Below are positions 27,923-38,027 of a stretch of DNA of 53,377 bases, in pieces. The stretch's first letter is position 1; every line of letters begins with the position of its first letter. The notes under the pieces are model-generated. The model made no database searches. It had not been told where the DNA came from and saw nothing but the letters and a program-made list of their open reading frames with translations. The translations under genes were made by a program, and so were the position numbers. The stretch spans positions 1 to 53,377 of the IMG/VR virus record IMGVR_UViG_3300005043_000142; one strand, 5' to 3'. Source of the stretch: a virus. Its lineage: Duplodnaviria > Caudoviricetes.

Positions 27923-29953
27923 TTATTGCATCGGGATCATGTGTGGCGGCGGTGGCGGCACTCGATTATTCCGTGCCATGTCCATTGCCATCTGTGTCTG
28001 CTTAACTTTTTCGGTACCGGCTTTCTCTGTTGTCAGGTCAGCGTCTGCGGCCATTTTCTGAATCTTGGCTTTCAGCTCTTCCAGCTCAAGCTGCATTGCT
28101 GCCAACTGGGTTTCTTCTACCACCTGCTGCTTCTGCTGCGCGGCCCGCTGCTCTTGCTGATACTGCTGCAATTCTTCTTCGGTCATATCGTCGGTATTTA
28201 CTTCGCCGGTGGCTTTTTGCAGCGCTTTCATTAAGCGGGCTTTTTTGTCGGTCGGTAAATCCAGCTGCTCGATAACCATGTCCATTGCGCCGATCTGAAC
28301 TTCCTGCGGCAGCTTGCCGATAAAGTCCAGCAGCATTTCCGCCATCTGTGCACGGTATCCAGGCGACTGCTGAATATCGCCCAGAACAACCTGAGTTTTT
28401 GCCTGCGCAACGGCGTTGGAAATTTCGCCGGTACCGGTTTCCTCGTTCAGCACGACCTCTTTCGGTTTCTGGCCAGGCTGCTGAGGAATGAAAATACTGA
28501 CGTTGCGCTGCTCTTTCAGCTCAGTGACTTCATACGCTAGCACCAGCTCGCCCAGCATCTGCCGGGCAAATCGGTAATTGTCGTTAATATCCGCCAGCGT
28601 GGTAGCGCCCTGCTCGACCAGTGAGTTAATCGCCACGCCAGACTGTGCGCCGCCCTCCTTACCCAGGAAAGCGTTGTACACACCAGCAACGTCCTGAATC
28701 AGCGTCTTGGCGTCCTGCATTACCTGGAACTGCTGCTGCGCAATCCCTTGATCTGTTTCTACGCGGAACAAGCCGCCTCCCTTGCGACGCGCGGCAGGGT
28801 TCAGCTTAATAATGCCGTCCTGCCGGTGAATTTCGTCCTGCAGGCGCTCATCACTCATGCTGCTTGCGTCATCATCCATCACGATGCGCTTATAGTTCAG
28901 ATCAGCAGTTAGCTTAATGCGGCGGAAATTAATTTCGTCCTGCGGGCTGAGCATTGCGCGAACCAATCCATACGGAACCTTGGTTTTATCTTCCTGCACA
29001 CCGAAAAACGGCACATACGGATAATGGTTATGCGGGTGCGGGCTGGCCATATCAGCAACGTGGTGCGGCCCGATGTACCAGCTCAGTCGAAGCTTCGGAA
29101 TGCTGCGCTTTTCAATCTGAACTTTTCCGGTATTAATGAGCGCGACGTGAAATTTATTTTTCTCGTCGAACTGCGCCGCGTTACCGCGCTCATCTTTAAT
29201 GATGATTCCCTGTTCCCACACCCGGTAATAAAGCTCGTACACCTTAATCATGTCGCGGTGCGGCAGTAGCCACTCGGTTTCATTGCGGCTTCCGTACTGG
29301 TATTCGTCATATGCCCGGCTCAGCATGTCGCCTTTGTGCATAAACTCGCGCGAATCGAACGCAGCCCACTGACCAATACTGTGCTTGATAATGTCCCTTT
29401 GCTTGGGAAATGCAGCCTCCAATTCATCCTTATCAACCCATCGCTGACGCAATAACCAGCGGCAGTCAGTCAGGTCTGGATTAGCCTTCCAATCCCAGCT
29501 GATTTCATCGCGGTGAATTTCGTGAATACGGTACTTAGGCCCCAGAGGGTCTTTATTCGGTTTGACTTCAACCCAGTCAATGCCGCCAATAACCTGGCCC
29601 TTGTAGGCGTCCGAGCATGCCCGGTTCGCTTTCGCAATCCGCATAGCTTCATTCAGTCGAAGATTCAGGCCCTCGGCCACTTCGGCAAACTCGTCGTTGT
29701 CGGCCTGTACAAACCAATCTGTCCGGCTGCGCGCCTCCATACCCAGCACGCCGTTAATCGTCGGTGCCACCAGATTTGTGGTCAGAACCGGCATATTTCG
29801 GCGTTTCAGAGTTTCGATCAGCGCCGGCTCCAGCTGGTTACCATCGTAATACTGGAAGCAGCGATCAGATTCTCCACGCCATTCAGGCTGATAATCGACT
29901 TCTTCCAGAATTTTGTGCAGGCGCCGGGTGCCGGTTAAATCATGCTCTGACAT
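27923..29953 (-). CDS. Portal protein
   Basis: YYDGNQL, PYGLVR..LSPQDEINFR, QSGVAI; C-terminal coiled coil. Confidence 0.9.
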   Translation of the reverse strand: MSEHDLTGTRRLHKILEEVDYQPEWRGESDRCFQYYDGNQLEPALIETLKRRNMPVLTTNLVAPTINGVLGMEARSRTDWFVQADNDEFAEVAEGLNLRLNEAMRIAKANRACSDAYKGQVIGGIDWVEVKPNKDPLGPKYRIHEIHRDEISWDWKANPDLTDCRWLLRQRWVDKDELEAAFPKQRDIIKHSIGQWAAFDSREFMHKGDMLSRAYDEYQYGSRNETEWLLPHRDMIKVYELYYRVWEQGIIIKDERGNAAQFDEKNKFHVALINTGKVQIEKRSIPKLRLSWYIGPHHVADMASPHPHNHYPYVPFFGVQEDKTKVPYGLVRAMLSPQDEINFRRIKLTADLNYKRIVMDDDASSMSDERLQDEIHRQDGIIKLNPAARRKGGGLFRVETDQGIAQQQFQVMQDAKTLIQDVAGVYNAFLGKEGGAQSGVAINSLVEQGATTLADINDNYRFARQMLGELVLAYEVTELKEQRNVSIFIPQQPGQKPKEVVLNEETGTGEISNAVAQAKTQVVLGDIQQSPGYRAQMAEMLLDFIGKLPQEVQIGAMDMVIEQLDLPTDKKARLMKALQKATGEVNTDDMTEEELQQYQQEQRAAQQKQQVVEETQLAAMQLELEELKAKIQKMAADADLTTEKAGTEKVKQTQMAMDMARNNRVPPPPPHMIPMQ

Positions 29954-31434
29954 TACATCCCTCTCCAGTCGCCTTCGGTGCGGCCGCGCACGGCGGATTT
30001 AATCGGGGGCGTTGTCATAATTTCCACCAGCATCATTATCAGGTAGCGCATAGCATCCATTAAGTGATCGTTCTCTTTTACGACGTGGCCTTTATCGTCA
30101 CGCCGATACAATGCAAATTCAGCAAGCAGGTTTGCCAGCGTACCGAATACTTTTAACCGGCCAGTGGCCAGTCGTTCATTTACCGCGAAAATCCCAGCCT
30201 CAACCGCATTATCCGCTTTGATAATGTTCAGGCCCTGCAGCTCGTACAGCTCAAATAACTTACTGCCGTCGGTCTGCGCCCTGCCTTTTGATGCTGGGTC
30301 AATGGCCCCCAGCATCCAGGCACCGCGCGCTTTAATCGCCGCACTGTGCTCTGCCGGCGTTACCTGCCCCATGTAATGCTCTGAGTACAGATAAACAATG
30401 TCGTTATCCCGATCCCAGGCACCCCAAACAACAGCGGTGCGCTTCCAGCCCACGTCAAAACCGTAGGCTTTTGGCCAGTGCTTCGGCAACATAAACGGAT
30501 TAACTTTTATGTCGTCAGGGTCATACGGGTAAATCGCACCTTCACCCAGCGATGGATCGCCATTCATCCGCGCTTTTAACTGATATGGCTTCAGCTTCAG
30601 CGACTTAATCAGCCGATCCTGCTGTTCTTTGCTCAGGTGCGGCGCGTGATCCCAGCCCGCTTTAACCATATAACGCGGGTTGCTGGTGTCGGTTAATGCC
30701 TGCTCTTTGCAGGATTCCAAGAACGCCAGCACCAACTCAGTCAAACCAGACAGCGGCGTGAACGTGAGAATAAAAATCCCGTTCGTCGTCATCGTCCGGA
30801 TCAGGGCTTCTTCATAAACCGGATACGGACATTCCTCGTCCATCCAGATGATGTCTTCCTCGGTTCCTTGGAAGATTTTTCGGCCCTGCTCATACGTCCG
30901 GAATTTCAGTACCGACCATTCGCCGTTGGCGTGCTTTACCGGTACTTCTTCGTATGCGTCTGGTACGCCCGGCTTCGGCGTCGGCTTACCCAGCTTGTCG
31001 CGGGGAATCATCCCCGTACCCCAGGCGTCGGTGCCGTATTTTCCGCCCAGCAGCTTTTTCTGGATGATGTCCCGCGTGGTCTGATTAGTATCACCGGCAG
31101 CCAGCGCACGGACGTTGCGATCAAACCGCTTGCCGTCCCACCATTCCGGATATTCGCCGGTCAGGTGCAGAGTGATTTCGTAACCGCCGGCCTCCGTCTT
31201 ACCCACCCGGTTACCGGCCATGAACAGCCGCTCAGAGTGATACGCGCCAGCAGTAAAAAATTCACAGTGCTTGCTGTACAGCTCGCGGCGAAACTCCCCT
31301 GTGTCGGGAAACATCGACCGCAGCTTGTTGTACTTCTCCCGGCGCTGTCGTTCTTCCAGCAGCGCCAGCAGTTTTAATTTCTCAGCTCGCGGAAGATGAT
31401 GCAGCGGCGGTAAGTCTCCGCTCGATTTCCGCAT
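29953..31434 (-). CDS. terL: Terminase large subunit
   Basis: Walker A AGNRVGKT, Walker B IWMDEE, TFTP, GFDVG, DHLMDAMRY. Confidence 0.95.
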   Translation of the reverse strand: MRKSSGDLPPLHHLPRAEKLKLLALLEERQRREKYNKLRSMFPDTGEFRRELYSKHCEFFTAGAYHSERLFMAGNRVGKTEAGGYEITLHLTGEYPEWWDGKRFDRNVRALAAGDTNQTTRDIIQKKLLGGKYGTDAWGTGMIPRDKLGKPTPKPGVPDAYEEVPVKHANGEWSVLKFRTYEQGRKIFQGTEEDIIWMDEECPYPVYEEALIRTMTTNGIFILTFTPLSGLTELVLAFLESCKEQALTDTSNPRYMVKAGWDHAPHLSKEQQDRLIKSLKLKPYQLKARMNGDPSLGEGAIYPYDPDDIKVNPFMLPKHWPKAYGFDVGWKRTAVVWGAWDRDNDIVYLYSEHYMGQVTPAEHSAAIKARGAWMLGAIDPASKGRAQTDGSKLFELYELQGLNIIKADNAVEAGIFAVNERLATGRLKVFGTLANLLAEFALYRRDDKGHVVKENDHLMDAMRYLIMMLVEIMTTPPIKSAVRGRTEGDWRGM

Positions 31435-31939
31435 TTAATTCCTCGTCGCTTAGCTGCTCAGTCGGCTTTTCTTCTGTGACAGACAGCTCCTGCTTATCTC
31501 GCATGTCGGTCACGTTCTTCGCAACAAAGATGGCAAATGTCTTTTCATAGTTACCCAGCAGGCCATTCTGGATGAGAATGTCCTTCTGAATGGTTTCCGC
31601 TTTTTTTATAGCGTCGGAAAACTCTGGGTAAGTTTTTTCCCATTCGTGAATTGTGTCCCGGCAAACTCCAACTTTTCGGGCGAAGCCTTCCTTCGTCGGG
31701 AACTTACATGGGATAAGAACTGGATTCCCGTGCTTATCCAGAACAGGGACTTCTGAACCTTCCTCATCGACCTTAGTGGCCATAATGAATGGCTCTTGAT
31801 CGAAGAACTCAATCACTTCAGTGCAGTATTCTGGCTTGTACTTCGTTGGGCGGCCACCAGCGCCAGGCGCAGGCTCTTCAACGGCTTTTACCTTCACAGG
31901 AGTGCGCTTCGTCTTCCGTTTTCCTTTTTCTTCCGCCAT
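31382..31939 (-). CDS. terS: Terminase small subunit
   Basis: GGRPTKYKPEY and HTH followed by W...PEFSDA. Confidence 0.85.
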   Translation of the reverse strand: MAEEKGKRKTKRTPVKVKAVEEPAPGAGGRPTKYKPEYCTEVIEFFDQEPFIMATKVDEEGSEVPVLDKHGNPVLIPCKFPTKEGFARKVGVCRDTIHEWEKTYPEFSDAIKKAETIQKDILIQNGLLGNYEKTFAIFVAKNVTDMRDKQELSVTEEKPTEQLSDEELNAEIERRLTAAASSSAS

Positions 31940-31952
31940 ATCAACCACCAAT

Positions 31953-31981
31953 AAAAAAGCCCCGGTGGAGTTCGGGGCTTT
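31953..31981 (-). terminator. Terminator between the lysis cassette and terS
   Basis: AAAGCCCCG stem followed by a T tract. Confidence 0.75.
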
Positions 31982-32014
31982 GCTTCTGTTTTAAATTACG
32001 TCGCTCGCCAGCTA

Positions 32015-32272
32015 TCAGAGTCCGGTACTCTGCGCCAGGCAACGCTCCACCTGTTTGAAATAGATCAGGAGGCTCGCCTGATCGACTGGCATTAAAATAA
32101 CCAGACCTTCTTCACTCACGCCCGGCAGGCGCGGAATCACCGGAGGACAGTTTGATTTGCCCACCTGCAGCAATGTCGCTGCATCCGCTGCCGTCTTCAC
32201 CGTCTCGCACCCGGCCAAACTCATCAGCCCAGCTACCAGAAGGATCAGCATTAATACCCTCAACATCATCAC
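32015..32272 (-). CDS. o-spanin-like lipoprotein
   Basis: Lipobox LAGC, Pro-rich, overlaps the upstream ORF out of frame. Confidence 0.65.
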   Translation of the reverse strand: MMMLRVLMLILLVAGLMSLAGCETVKTAADAATLLQVGKSNCPPVIPRLPGVSEEGLVILMPVDQASLLIYFKQVERCLAQSTGL

Positions 32273-32342
32273 GGAATCGCTCGTCGTTGATGGTTTTAAG
32301 AAGCCAGCGGAACAGCCAAATCAATTCCGCCAGCACTTTCAT
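32112..32342 (-). CDS. Putative i-spanin-like protein
   Basis: Hydrophobic N-terminus; Rz/Rz1-like overlap. Confidence 0.45.
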   Translation of the reverse strand: MKVLAELIWLFRWLLKTINDERFRDDVEGINADPSGSWADEFGRVRDGEDGSGCSDIAAGGQIKLSSGDSAPAGRE

Positions 32343-32674
32343 TACTTCACCCAGCCTTTCAGCAAATCGTTGTCGCCGGGCTTTTGCTTCGCCTTAAAGA
32401 ACTGCATCGCCAGCTTTTCGATAATCGGATACAACCAGCGACCCCAGATACCGTCATCACGCGGCGTAGGCGTCAGCGACACAATCAGGGAGAACACCGG
32501 CACCAGCGCCCACAGCGTGCCGACCAGCTTCCCTGCAATACCCAGCTCACCCCACGCTGAAATCAGGTAGCCGATAAAGTCGATGGCATTCTCCGGACCA
32601 GCCTCAGCAGCGAGCGCCAGCGCAGAAATAAAAAAGCCGGCCATAACTGCCAGCAGCGTATAAATCAGTTTCAT
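32342..32674 (-). CDS. Holin-like membrane protein
   Basis: Hydrophobic segments and LTPTPRDD motif; in the lysis cassette. Confidence 0.55.
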   Translation of the reverse strand: MKLIYTLLAVMAGFFISALALAAEAGPENAIDFIGYLISAWGELGIAGKLVGTLWALVPVFSLIVSLTPTPRDDGIWGRWLYPIIEKLAMQFFKAKQKPGDNDLLKGWVK

Positions 32675-32692
32675 GGTTAGTACCCTCAGTTA

Positions 32693-33256
32693 TCAGTTAC
32701 TTTCATTGTGCCGCGCCTCCACAACGCGAAACCCTACGAACGGCCAAAGCTCAAATACCGCATTCTGAATGGCCACCTTTACGCCCACGTCGTCATTGTC
32801 GTTTTCCGCTGATACGGAAACACTTGGGCGGCCAGTAACCGTAAAGCCGTTGTCCATCGTCAGGATTGCAAAGCGCAACACACTGCCCGATTCGATCCGG
32901 TGCCGGATAATCTCAACGCTCTTAATGCTGCCGTGCAGCTCATCCAGCGATACGCGACGGGCATTCAGGCCGCGCGCTTCAATCATACCCTCGGTAACAA
33001 TATCGTCGGCTGAATGCTCGATAATCGACGGCTGCGCCTGATATGCGCGCTCGAACACAGCGGCCGGGGACCAGCTCACATAGCCGGCATGATCCGGGTG
33101 ATTCTTCTGGCCGCCATCCAGATACTCAACCAGATAACCGTCATCGGCCGGATTTTCGTCAGCCGGGCATTCCCAGCCGCGATACTTGTTATATTCGCCG
33201 CGGGTCATTGGCCGGGCCTGAGTGCGCTTGGTGCCGATATATGGGGTCATGGTCAT
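32693..33256 (-). CDS. Fusion of a YIGTK/SWSP domain and a phage gp49-family domain (candidate anti-defence protein)
   Basis: YIGTK...GYLVEY.DG...YVSWSP..VFERAY followed by NGFTVTG..S..S.EN....G..VA..NA...LWP. Confidence 0.7.
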   Translation of the reverse strand: MTMTPYIGTKRTQARPMTRGEYNKYRGWECPADENPADDGYLVEYLDGGQKNHPDHAGYVSWSPAAVFERAYQAQPSIIEHSADDIVTEGMIEARGLNARRVSLDELHGSIKSVEIIRHRIESGSVLRFAILTMDNGFTVTGRPSVSVSAENDNDDVGVKVAIQNAVFELWPFVGFRVVEARHNESN

Positions 33257-33720
33257 TTGCTGCTTACCTGTTTGAAAAAATCGCCATCCGGGCGTGGGTG
33301 AATGGTTTCATACTCTCCAGCTTTCCGGGTCCAGATCGTCAGCTGCCCTGGGCGGGTATCCAGATGCAGCATTGGCCACGGCTTTCCATTGCGCTGCGTA
33401 TCGAAATACAGCCCGATACCAGTAAAGCCGCACTGAATCGCCACTGTCATTGCATAAAAAAGGTCGCAGTCTGGGAATACGTCGCCGGCATCGCTCAACC
33501 GATGGTTACCATCGGCACCGATAAAATGCCGGCTCGTCTCACTACCGCCTGTGCGAATCCAGCCCCCCTCCAATGGCGAAGGGAATACTTTTCGGCCCAG
33601 TTTGGCGCGGAACAGATCCAGGCGGTGAATGAATGAAGGTTCCATTTTTTCTATGACACCGGCCGGAAACTCACTCAGCATAAAGTGCTCAATGCTGCTC
33701 CAATCAAGAACCTGATTCAC
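33253..33720 (-). CDS. Endolysin, peptidase M15-like
   Basis: SRH...AGD...GIGLY...LHLDTR zinc-ligand pattern. Confidence 0.8.
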   Translation of the reverse strand: MNQVLDWSSIEHFMLSEFPAGVIEKMEPSFIHRLDLFRAKLGRKVFPSPLEGGWIRTGGSETSRHFIGADGNHRLSDAGDVFPDCDLFYAMTVAIQCGFTGIGLYFDTQRNGKPWPMLHLDTRPGQLTIWTRKAGEYETIHPRPDGDFFKQVSSK

Positions 33721-33965
33721 GAGCGGGCCGCCGGAAGATGTCTGCTTTCACGATCCTTCATTACTGCAATTTCCTTTTCGTGCTGATTGATTATCGCTGC
33801 ATGCTCATCCAGCCGGGTCTGGTGGCGGATATGCGCTTTATCAAAGTCACTCAGCTTTGCATTCACCTGTCCGATGATCTTGCCGAACCCGACAAGCTGC
33901 ATCGCAACAGTGATGGCAAGGCCGATGACAGCGATCAGTGTGTTCGGGTCGGCATTTTCAAACAT
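33717..33965 (-). CDS. Putative holin
   Basis: One transmembrane segment plus coiled coil; first late gene. Confidence 0.55.
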   Translation of the reverse strand: MFENADPNTLIAVIGLAITVAMQLVGFGKIIGQVNAKLSDFDKAHIRHQTRLDEHAAIINQHEKEIAVMKDRESRHLPAARS

Positions 33966-33982
33966 GGGAGAATTCCAGGCAC

Positions 33983-34016
33983 AAAAAAGCCCGGTCAGGG
34001 TTAGCTGCCGGGCTTT
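33983..34016 (-). terminator. tR'-like terminator
   Basis: AAAGCCCGG stem with T tract, about 26 nt downstream of the -10 hexamer. Confidence 0.85.
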
Positions 34017-34042
34017 AGGTAATATTTATCCAGTTTGGTAAA

Positions 34043-34071
34043 AATCTACATTAACGTGCCATTATCGTCAA
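34043..34071 (-). promoter_or_regulatory. pR'-like late promoter
   Basis: TTGACG-17bp-TAGATT ahead of a terminator and the lysis genes. Confidence 0.75.
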
Positions 34072-34089
34072 TAAACAATACCATTTAAT

Positions 34090-34785
34090 TCATTGCCCTG
34101 CCCAGTGAACCAGTATTGCGCGCTCCCCTGCAGTCACCGGCAATGATCGGTGAAGCAAAGTGCTGCCCTGGAATAATGTGATTTCCCCTTGCTCTGCGGG
34201 AGGAATAGCCGTACCCGGGAAAACTTCGAAACCGGCCCCACGACGATCAGATTGGGAAGTCAGCTCAACAACACTGGTGCACTCGCTATCCCGGTCGTAG
34301 TGCCAGTTTGTCATTGCTCGCGGCCCAGGCTGATACCGGGCAACTTGAATGCTGTTAATGGTTTCTGGCGACACGCCGAAAATTACGATCCAGATTCGCC
34401 GCAATACCTGGTCATGCAATGCGGAGAATAATTCGTATGCATCCGGCCGCTTCAGACTCAGCACAATTTCATCCATCTGATAATCTGGATCTTCATCAGG
34501 GTTTGGCTCGAAGTCGCCCCAACTATCACGCATCAACTCAACCAAGCGCGCACACCTCTCAGGGCGAAGATACTTCAGCCGGTAAACCCGGCCACCAGCA
34601 TACACCTGGAACAGCCGAGTAATTATTTCTGCCCGGCGTAACGCGAAATTTTCAGGTAGTTGGCAATTTTGCACCGACTCCACCGCTTCATCGGCCAGCT
34701 GCTGGATATCCGTCATAGCATCCAATAACGCAGGGTCTAAAAGTGCGGCCAGCGCATCATGGTCATTCCTAAAACGGTATGTCAT
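34090..34785 (-). CDS. 2OG-Fe(II) oxygenase
   Basis: WHYD (HxD), distal H in LHRSLP, R in GER; start reassigned to MTYRF. Confidence 0.85.
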   Translation of the reverse strand: MTYRFRNDHDALAALLDPALLDAMTDIQQLADEAVESVQNCQLPENFALRRAEIITRLFQVYAGGRVYRLKYLRPERCARLVELMRDSWGDFEPNPDEDPDYQMDEIVLSLKRPDAYELFSALHDQVLRRIWIVIFGVSPETINSIQVARYQPGPRAMTNWHYDRDSECTSVVELTSQSDRRGAGFEVFPGTAIPPAEQGEITLFQGSTLLHRSLPVTAGERAILVHWAGQ

Positions 34786-35323
34786 CGTCAAAATCATCAA
34801 AGCTGTTTGTGTACTGGGCGTACTCGGGCTGCATCGAAGACTGTGCCGGTTGTGCCTGACCGTCCTGATACGCAGGCTGCTGCGCATAATGGGGTGCCTG
34901 TTGCGGTACTTGCTGATAGCCCTGCTGTAAACTCATCCCCATGGGCTGGCCCATCGGCGCCGCCTGGTTCATTTGCTGGCCATTTGATTGGCGGCCGTCC
35001 AGCATCATCATATCGCTGGCGATGATTTCGGTGGTGTAGCGTTTAACGCCGTCTTTTTCCCATTCGCGGGTACGCAGCTTTCCTTCGAAATAGGCTTTTG
35101 AGCCTTTCTTCAGATACTGCTGAATGATTTCCGCCAGCTTGCCGTACACGGTAATACGGTGAAACTCAGTCTGCTCCACCTTCTGCCCGGTGGTCTTGTC
35201 GTTGTAACTCTCGTCGGTTGCTAGACTGACGTTAGCCACAGCGTTGCCGTTGGGCATATACCGTACTTCCGGGTCGCGGCATAAATTGCCAATAACCATA
35301 ACCTTATTTAACGCCTTACCCAT
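34769..35323 (-). CDS. ssb: Single-stranded DNA-binding protein
   Basis: [16 protein letters not shown]; acidic DDIPF tail. Confidence 0.97.
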   Translation of the reverse strand: MGKALNKVMVIGNLCRDPEVRYMPNGNAVANVSLATDESYNDKTTGQKVEQTEFHRITVYGKLAEIIQQYLKKGSKAYFEGKLRTREWEKDGVKRYTTEIIASDMMMLDGRQSNGQQMNQAAPMGQPMGMSLQQGYQQVPQQAPHYAQQPAYQDGQAQPAQSSMQPEYAQYTNSFDDFDDDIPF

Positions 35324-35816
35324 TTAGGTGCCTCCAGACTTTGCGCTTTGCAATAAGTGAAACTGTTGTTTTGTCTATTCCGAAAACGTCTGCAATTTCC
35401 CGCAACTTGGTGCCGGAATCCCTCATCGCTCGGATTTGCATGACTTGATGCTCTTTTAATTTGGAATTGCCACTCTTTTCACCTCGAACCAGACGCGAGT
35501 GCCTATCTCCGATAGAAAGCCTATTTTTACGCATTGCATCCTGCATATTTTCTAATCGCGTCCCTCTGAATAGGTGCTCAGGGTTGCAACACTTCCTGTT
35601 GTCGCACTTGTGGCAAATGTCGGAATCACCGAAGTCAAGAAAAACAGAATTGAATGCCATGTAGGAAAGCCGGTGTGCGTAGTAGCTCTTTTGCTTGTAT
35701 GTGACCCGTGCATATCCATTTGGCCTTAACTTTAGGTTCCACTCCCAGCACCCAGAATCACTAATGGTTACCCGCCCAAGAATTACCGCTCTGGCGGCCT
35801 CAAAATCCAGACTCAT
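35316..35816 (-). CDS. HNH endonuclease with C-terminal HTH
   Basis: GCWEW, AHRLSY, CHKCDN..CCNP.HL..GT..EN; ATGA coupling. Confidence 0.9.
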   Translation of the reverse strand: MSLDFEAARAVILGRVTISDSGCWEWNLKLRPNGYARVTYKQKSYYAHRLSYMAFNSVFLDFGDSDICHKCDNRKCCNPEHLFRGTRLENMQDAMRKNRLSIGDRHSRLVRGEKSGNSKLKEHQVMQIRAMRDSGTKLREIADVFGIDKTTVSLIAKRKVWRHLNG

Positions 35817-36529
35817 ACCGCCTCCCGCTTCTGCTCTTCCAATTTTTGAAAATAATCCCCGCACCACTTATCCAGCGGCTTCAGTGCTTCATCATCCACG
35901 ATGCGGATTTCATTGATGATCAACTGCCACACCGGCCCGTAATCACGAGAGTACCGGTGCGTTTCTATCCGGTTGCCACGACTGGCCATCATTTTTCCAA
36001 CATCCTCAGCGCGTGCCGACATTGATCCCGGCGTACCGCCCTGAATTGCCGGGCTGATCGCTTCCCAGTAGTGGCAAATAGCGCAGTAAACTAAATCGCG
36101 AACCTTGGCTTTTTTTTCAGGCGCCATGTTCGGAAAATGGCTATCTATTTTTTTCAGGCAAGTCCGGTACAGATAGTTGTGGATCTGCATCAGTTCGGAT
36201 TCGCTCATTTCACCAACCGGCATATACAGCACATTGCCGAGTGCACGGGCATAAAACGGCAATAGCATAATCAAGCTGCGTATGTGCTGGCGCTGTTGAG
36301 TGATCCAGATCGAAGCATCATTGCTGCTGTATCCGCCGAAGTCGGTACTGCCAGCTTTGGTTTTTTTCCAGTCTCCGGACAAGCCTGACGGCCGAGACAA
36401 AATACCCAGCTTCGCGGTTTCTGCTGCAGATGACATAACCGAATCAGCACCACTGTAATAACACCAGTGCCAAAGGTTGCGGCTGTTTAGCGGGTACGGC
36501 AGAGAATTACGCATATTCAATATCCTCAT
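35813..36529 (-). CDS. Putative late antiterminator (Q-like)
   Basis: Size and position after ninG and upstream of the pR'-like promoter; little motif support. Confidence 0.5.
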   Translation of the reverse strand: MRILNMRNSLPYPLNSRNLWHWCYYSGADSVMSSAAETAKLGILSRPSGLSGDWKKTKAGSTDFGGYSSNDASIWITQQRQHIRSLIMLLPFYARALGNVLYMPVGEMSESELMQIHNYLYRTCLKKIDSHFPNMAPEKKAKVRDLVYCAICHYWEAISPAIQGGTPGSMSARAEDVGKMMASRGNRIETHRYSRDYGPVWQLIINEIRIVDDEALKPLDKWCGDYFQKLEEQKREAV

Positions 36530-37136
36530 GGTGGCCTTTCTGCAGCTCCCTCCGCTTTATCCGATACTCTGCAGCAATGGCCTGCAGGTCCTCGATGCTG
36601 TGCTTCTTCGGTACGTACGGCCCTTCCAGCCACTCGACCTTTTCCAATCCGATCCGCTTCACCAGCTCAGCGCGGTACGCCGCGGCAACCTGGTGATTTT
36701 TACGGGTGTAATTGCCGGAACCTCCGTTGCAGGATTTACATTGCCGGTGCGCGTTCAGAGGTTCAAACCGTAATTCCGGGTGGCTGCCAACGCTCAGATA
36801 GTGGCCACAGTCCCAGGCACCGCCGGGCTTCCATCCCTCTGACTGATTAACCTCGGCCTCACTCCGATCACAGGAAACACACGGCAAACCGCTGTCACGG
36901 TCACGGATATAACCGTTAAACGCCTCTTGGGCTTTTTTTATCCAGTGCCGCTTGTCGGTACTTAGCAGTGCCATTTTTCTCTCAGCGGTTTTAGCCTTGT
37001 ACGCCTTTTCCCGCTGCGCCGGCTGCTGCGCAAACGCAAGCGCGTGCTCAACCGTGCAGAATGTACCGGCTGGAAATGTCACCCACTCAGAGGTGTATGC
37101 GCGGCAGTGCTTACACCGCTTTTTACTGTTCGCCAC
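36507..37136 (-). CDS. ninG: Recombination protein NinG
   Basis: AQEAFNGYIRDRD..PCVSC, GHYLSVG..PELRF, QCKSCN. Confidence 0.92.
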   Translation of the reverse strand: MANSKKRCKHCRAYTSEWVTFPAGTFCTVEHALAFAQQPAQREKAYKAKTAERKMALLSTDKRHWIKKAQEAFNGYIRDRDSGLPCVSCDRSEAEVNQSEGWKPGGAWDCGHYLSVGSHPELRFEPLNAHRQCKSCNGGSGNYTRKNHQVAAAYRAELVKRIGLEKVEWLEGPYVPKKHSIEDLQAIAAEYRIKRRELQKGHHEDIEYA

Positions 37137-37491
37137 CGGTCATAGTGTCCGATCCAGCGTTGAGCCGTTCATGGCCCTGTGAAGTGTCGCCGCCATTCAT
37201 GCGGTCGCCGGCATTGCCGGTGGTTTCGTAGTGCAGGCCGTCGTTTCCATTCTGTCCTATCAGATCAATACGCTGTTCGTCTGGCCATTCCGCAAAGGCA
37301 GATGTCTCGACGACCGGCTTAACAGCCTTGCCTGATCCGTGACATAACTTGCATGGAATTTCGTAGCGGTGATTTTGATAAACCGCTCGCGCACAATCTG
37401 TTTGATATTGCTCATATCCGTCAGCAATGCTTGGTTCAACCCATCCCCAACCGCAGCATTTTATACACTCGCCAGCCCGGCAATCAGTCAT
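37123..37491 (-). CDS. Hypothetical protein with CxxCxGxG zinc motifs
   Basis: CIKCCGWG and CKLCHGSG; IGQNGNDGLHY. Confidence 0.6.
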   Translation of the reverse strand: MTDCRAGECIKCCGWGWVEPSIADGYEQYQTDCARAVYQNHRYEIPCKLCHGSGKAVKPVVETSAFAEWPDEQRIDLIGQNGNDGLHYETTGNAGDRMNGGDTSQGHERLNAGSDTMTGGEQ

Positions 37492-38027
37492 GCCGCCCTC
37501 CGGTTACTGGCGATATATTCACGCTCTGCTGCCGCGATTTCTTCAGCCGATGCCGGCCACCTCACGCCGTATTCAATGCCTTTGGCATACAGGTATTCGA
37601 TAAACGCGGCGCTTTGTTCACGGCTCAGAGCTGCAGTGCTGGCACGGACGGTAATCATCATGCCGCTGTTATCCAGCACAGGGATCACACAGCCCGGATG
37701 CGCCAGCGGCTCCCCCATCGCCGCGCGCTCCTCGGCAAAATCATGTACCAGCAACGCTTTCCAGCAGTCCGCGTCATACCGGTGCTGGTATCCCTGTCCA
37801 TAAATCCGAATCACGCTCTCTCCCTCACCTACGGTTCGGCAGAACGTGACCTGTTGGGCAAATTCACGAAACATTGCGTGATATTTTTTTTCTTGCTCAC
37901 GACTGCGGCTTGGCCGGCGAATCAATACGGACACCGGGCCGCTCACCAGCAGCTCGATGACCAGCGCTTTGATCGCCATCATGGCCGGCCGAGCGCCGGG
38001 CTGGTCGAATACGAATTCGCGAGCCAT
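37488..38027 (-). CDS. ninB: NinB-like protein
   Basis: RSREQEKKYHAM, WKALL, ST..L.......FIEYLYA.G...GVRW. Confidence 0.85.
   Translation of the reverse strand: MAREFVFDQPGARPAMMAIKALVIELLVSGPVSVLIRRPSRSREQEKKYHAMFREFAQQVTFCRTVGEGESVIRIYGQGYQHRYDADCWKALLVHDFAEERAAMGEPLAHPGCVIPVLDNSGMMITVRASTAALSREQSAAFIEYLYAKGIEYGVRWPASAEEIAAAEREYIASNRRAA

Noticed and set aside
34786-34887. Oxygenase N-terminal extension as a frameshift fusion with ssb
   Set aside because: ssb ends normally in DDIPF-stop, no slippery site was seen, and an internal ATG is available.
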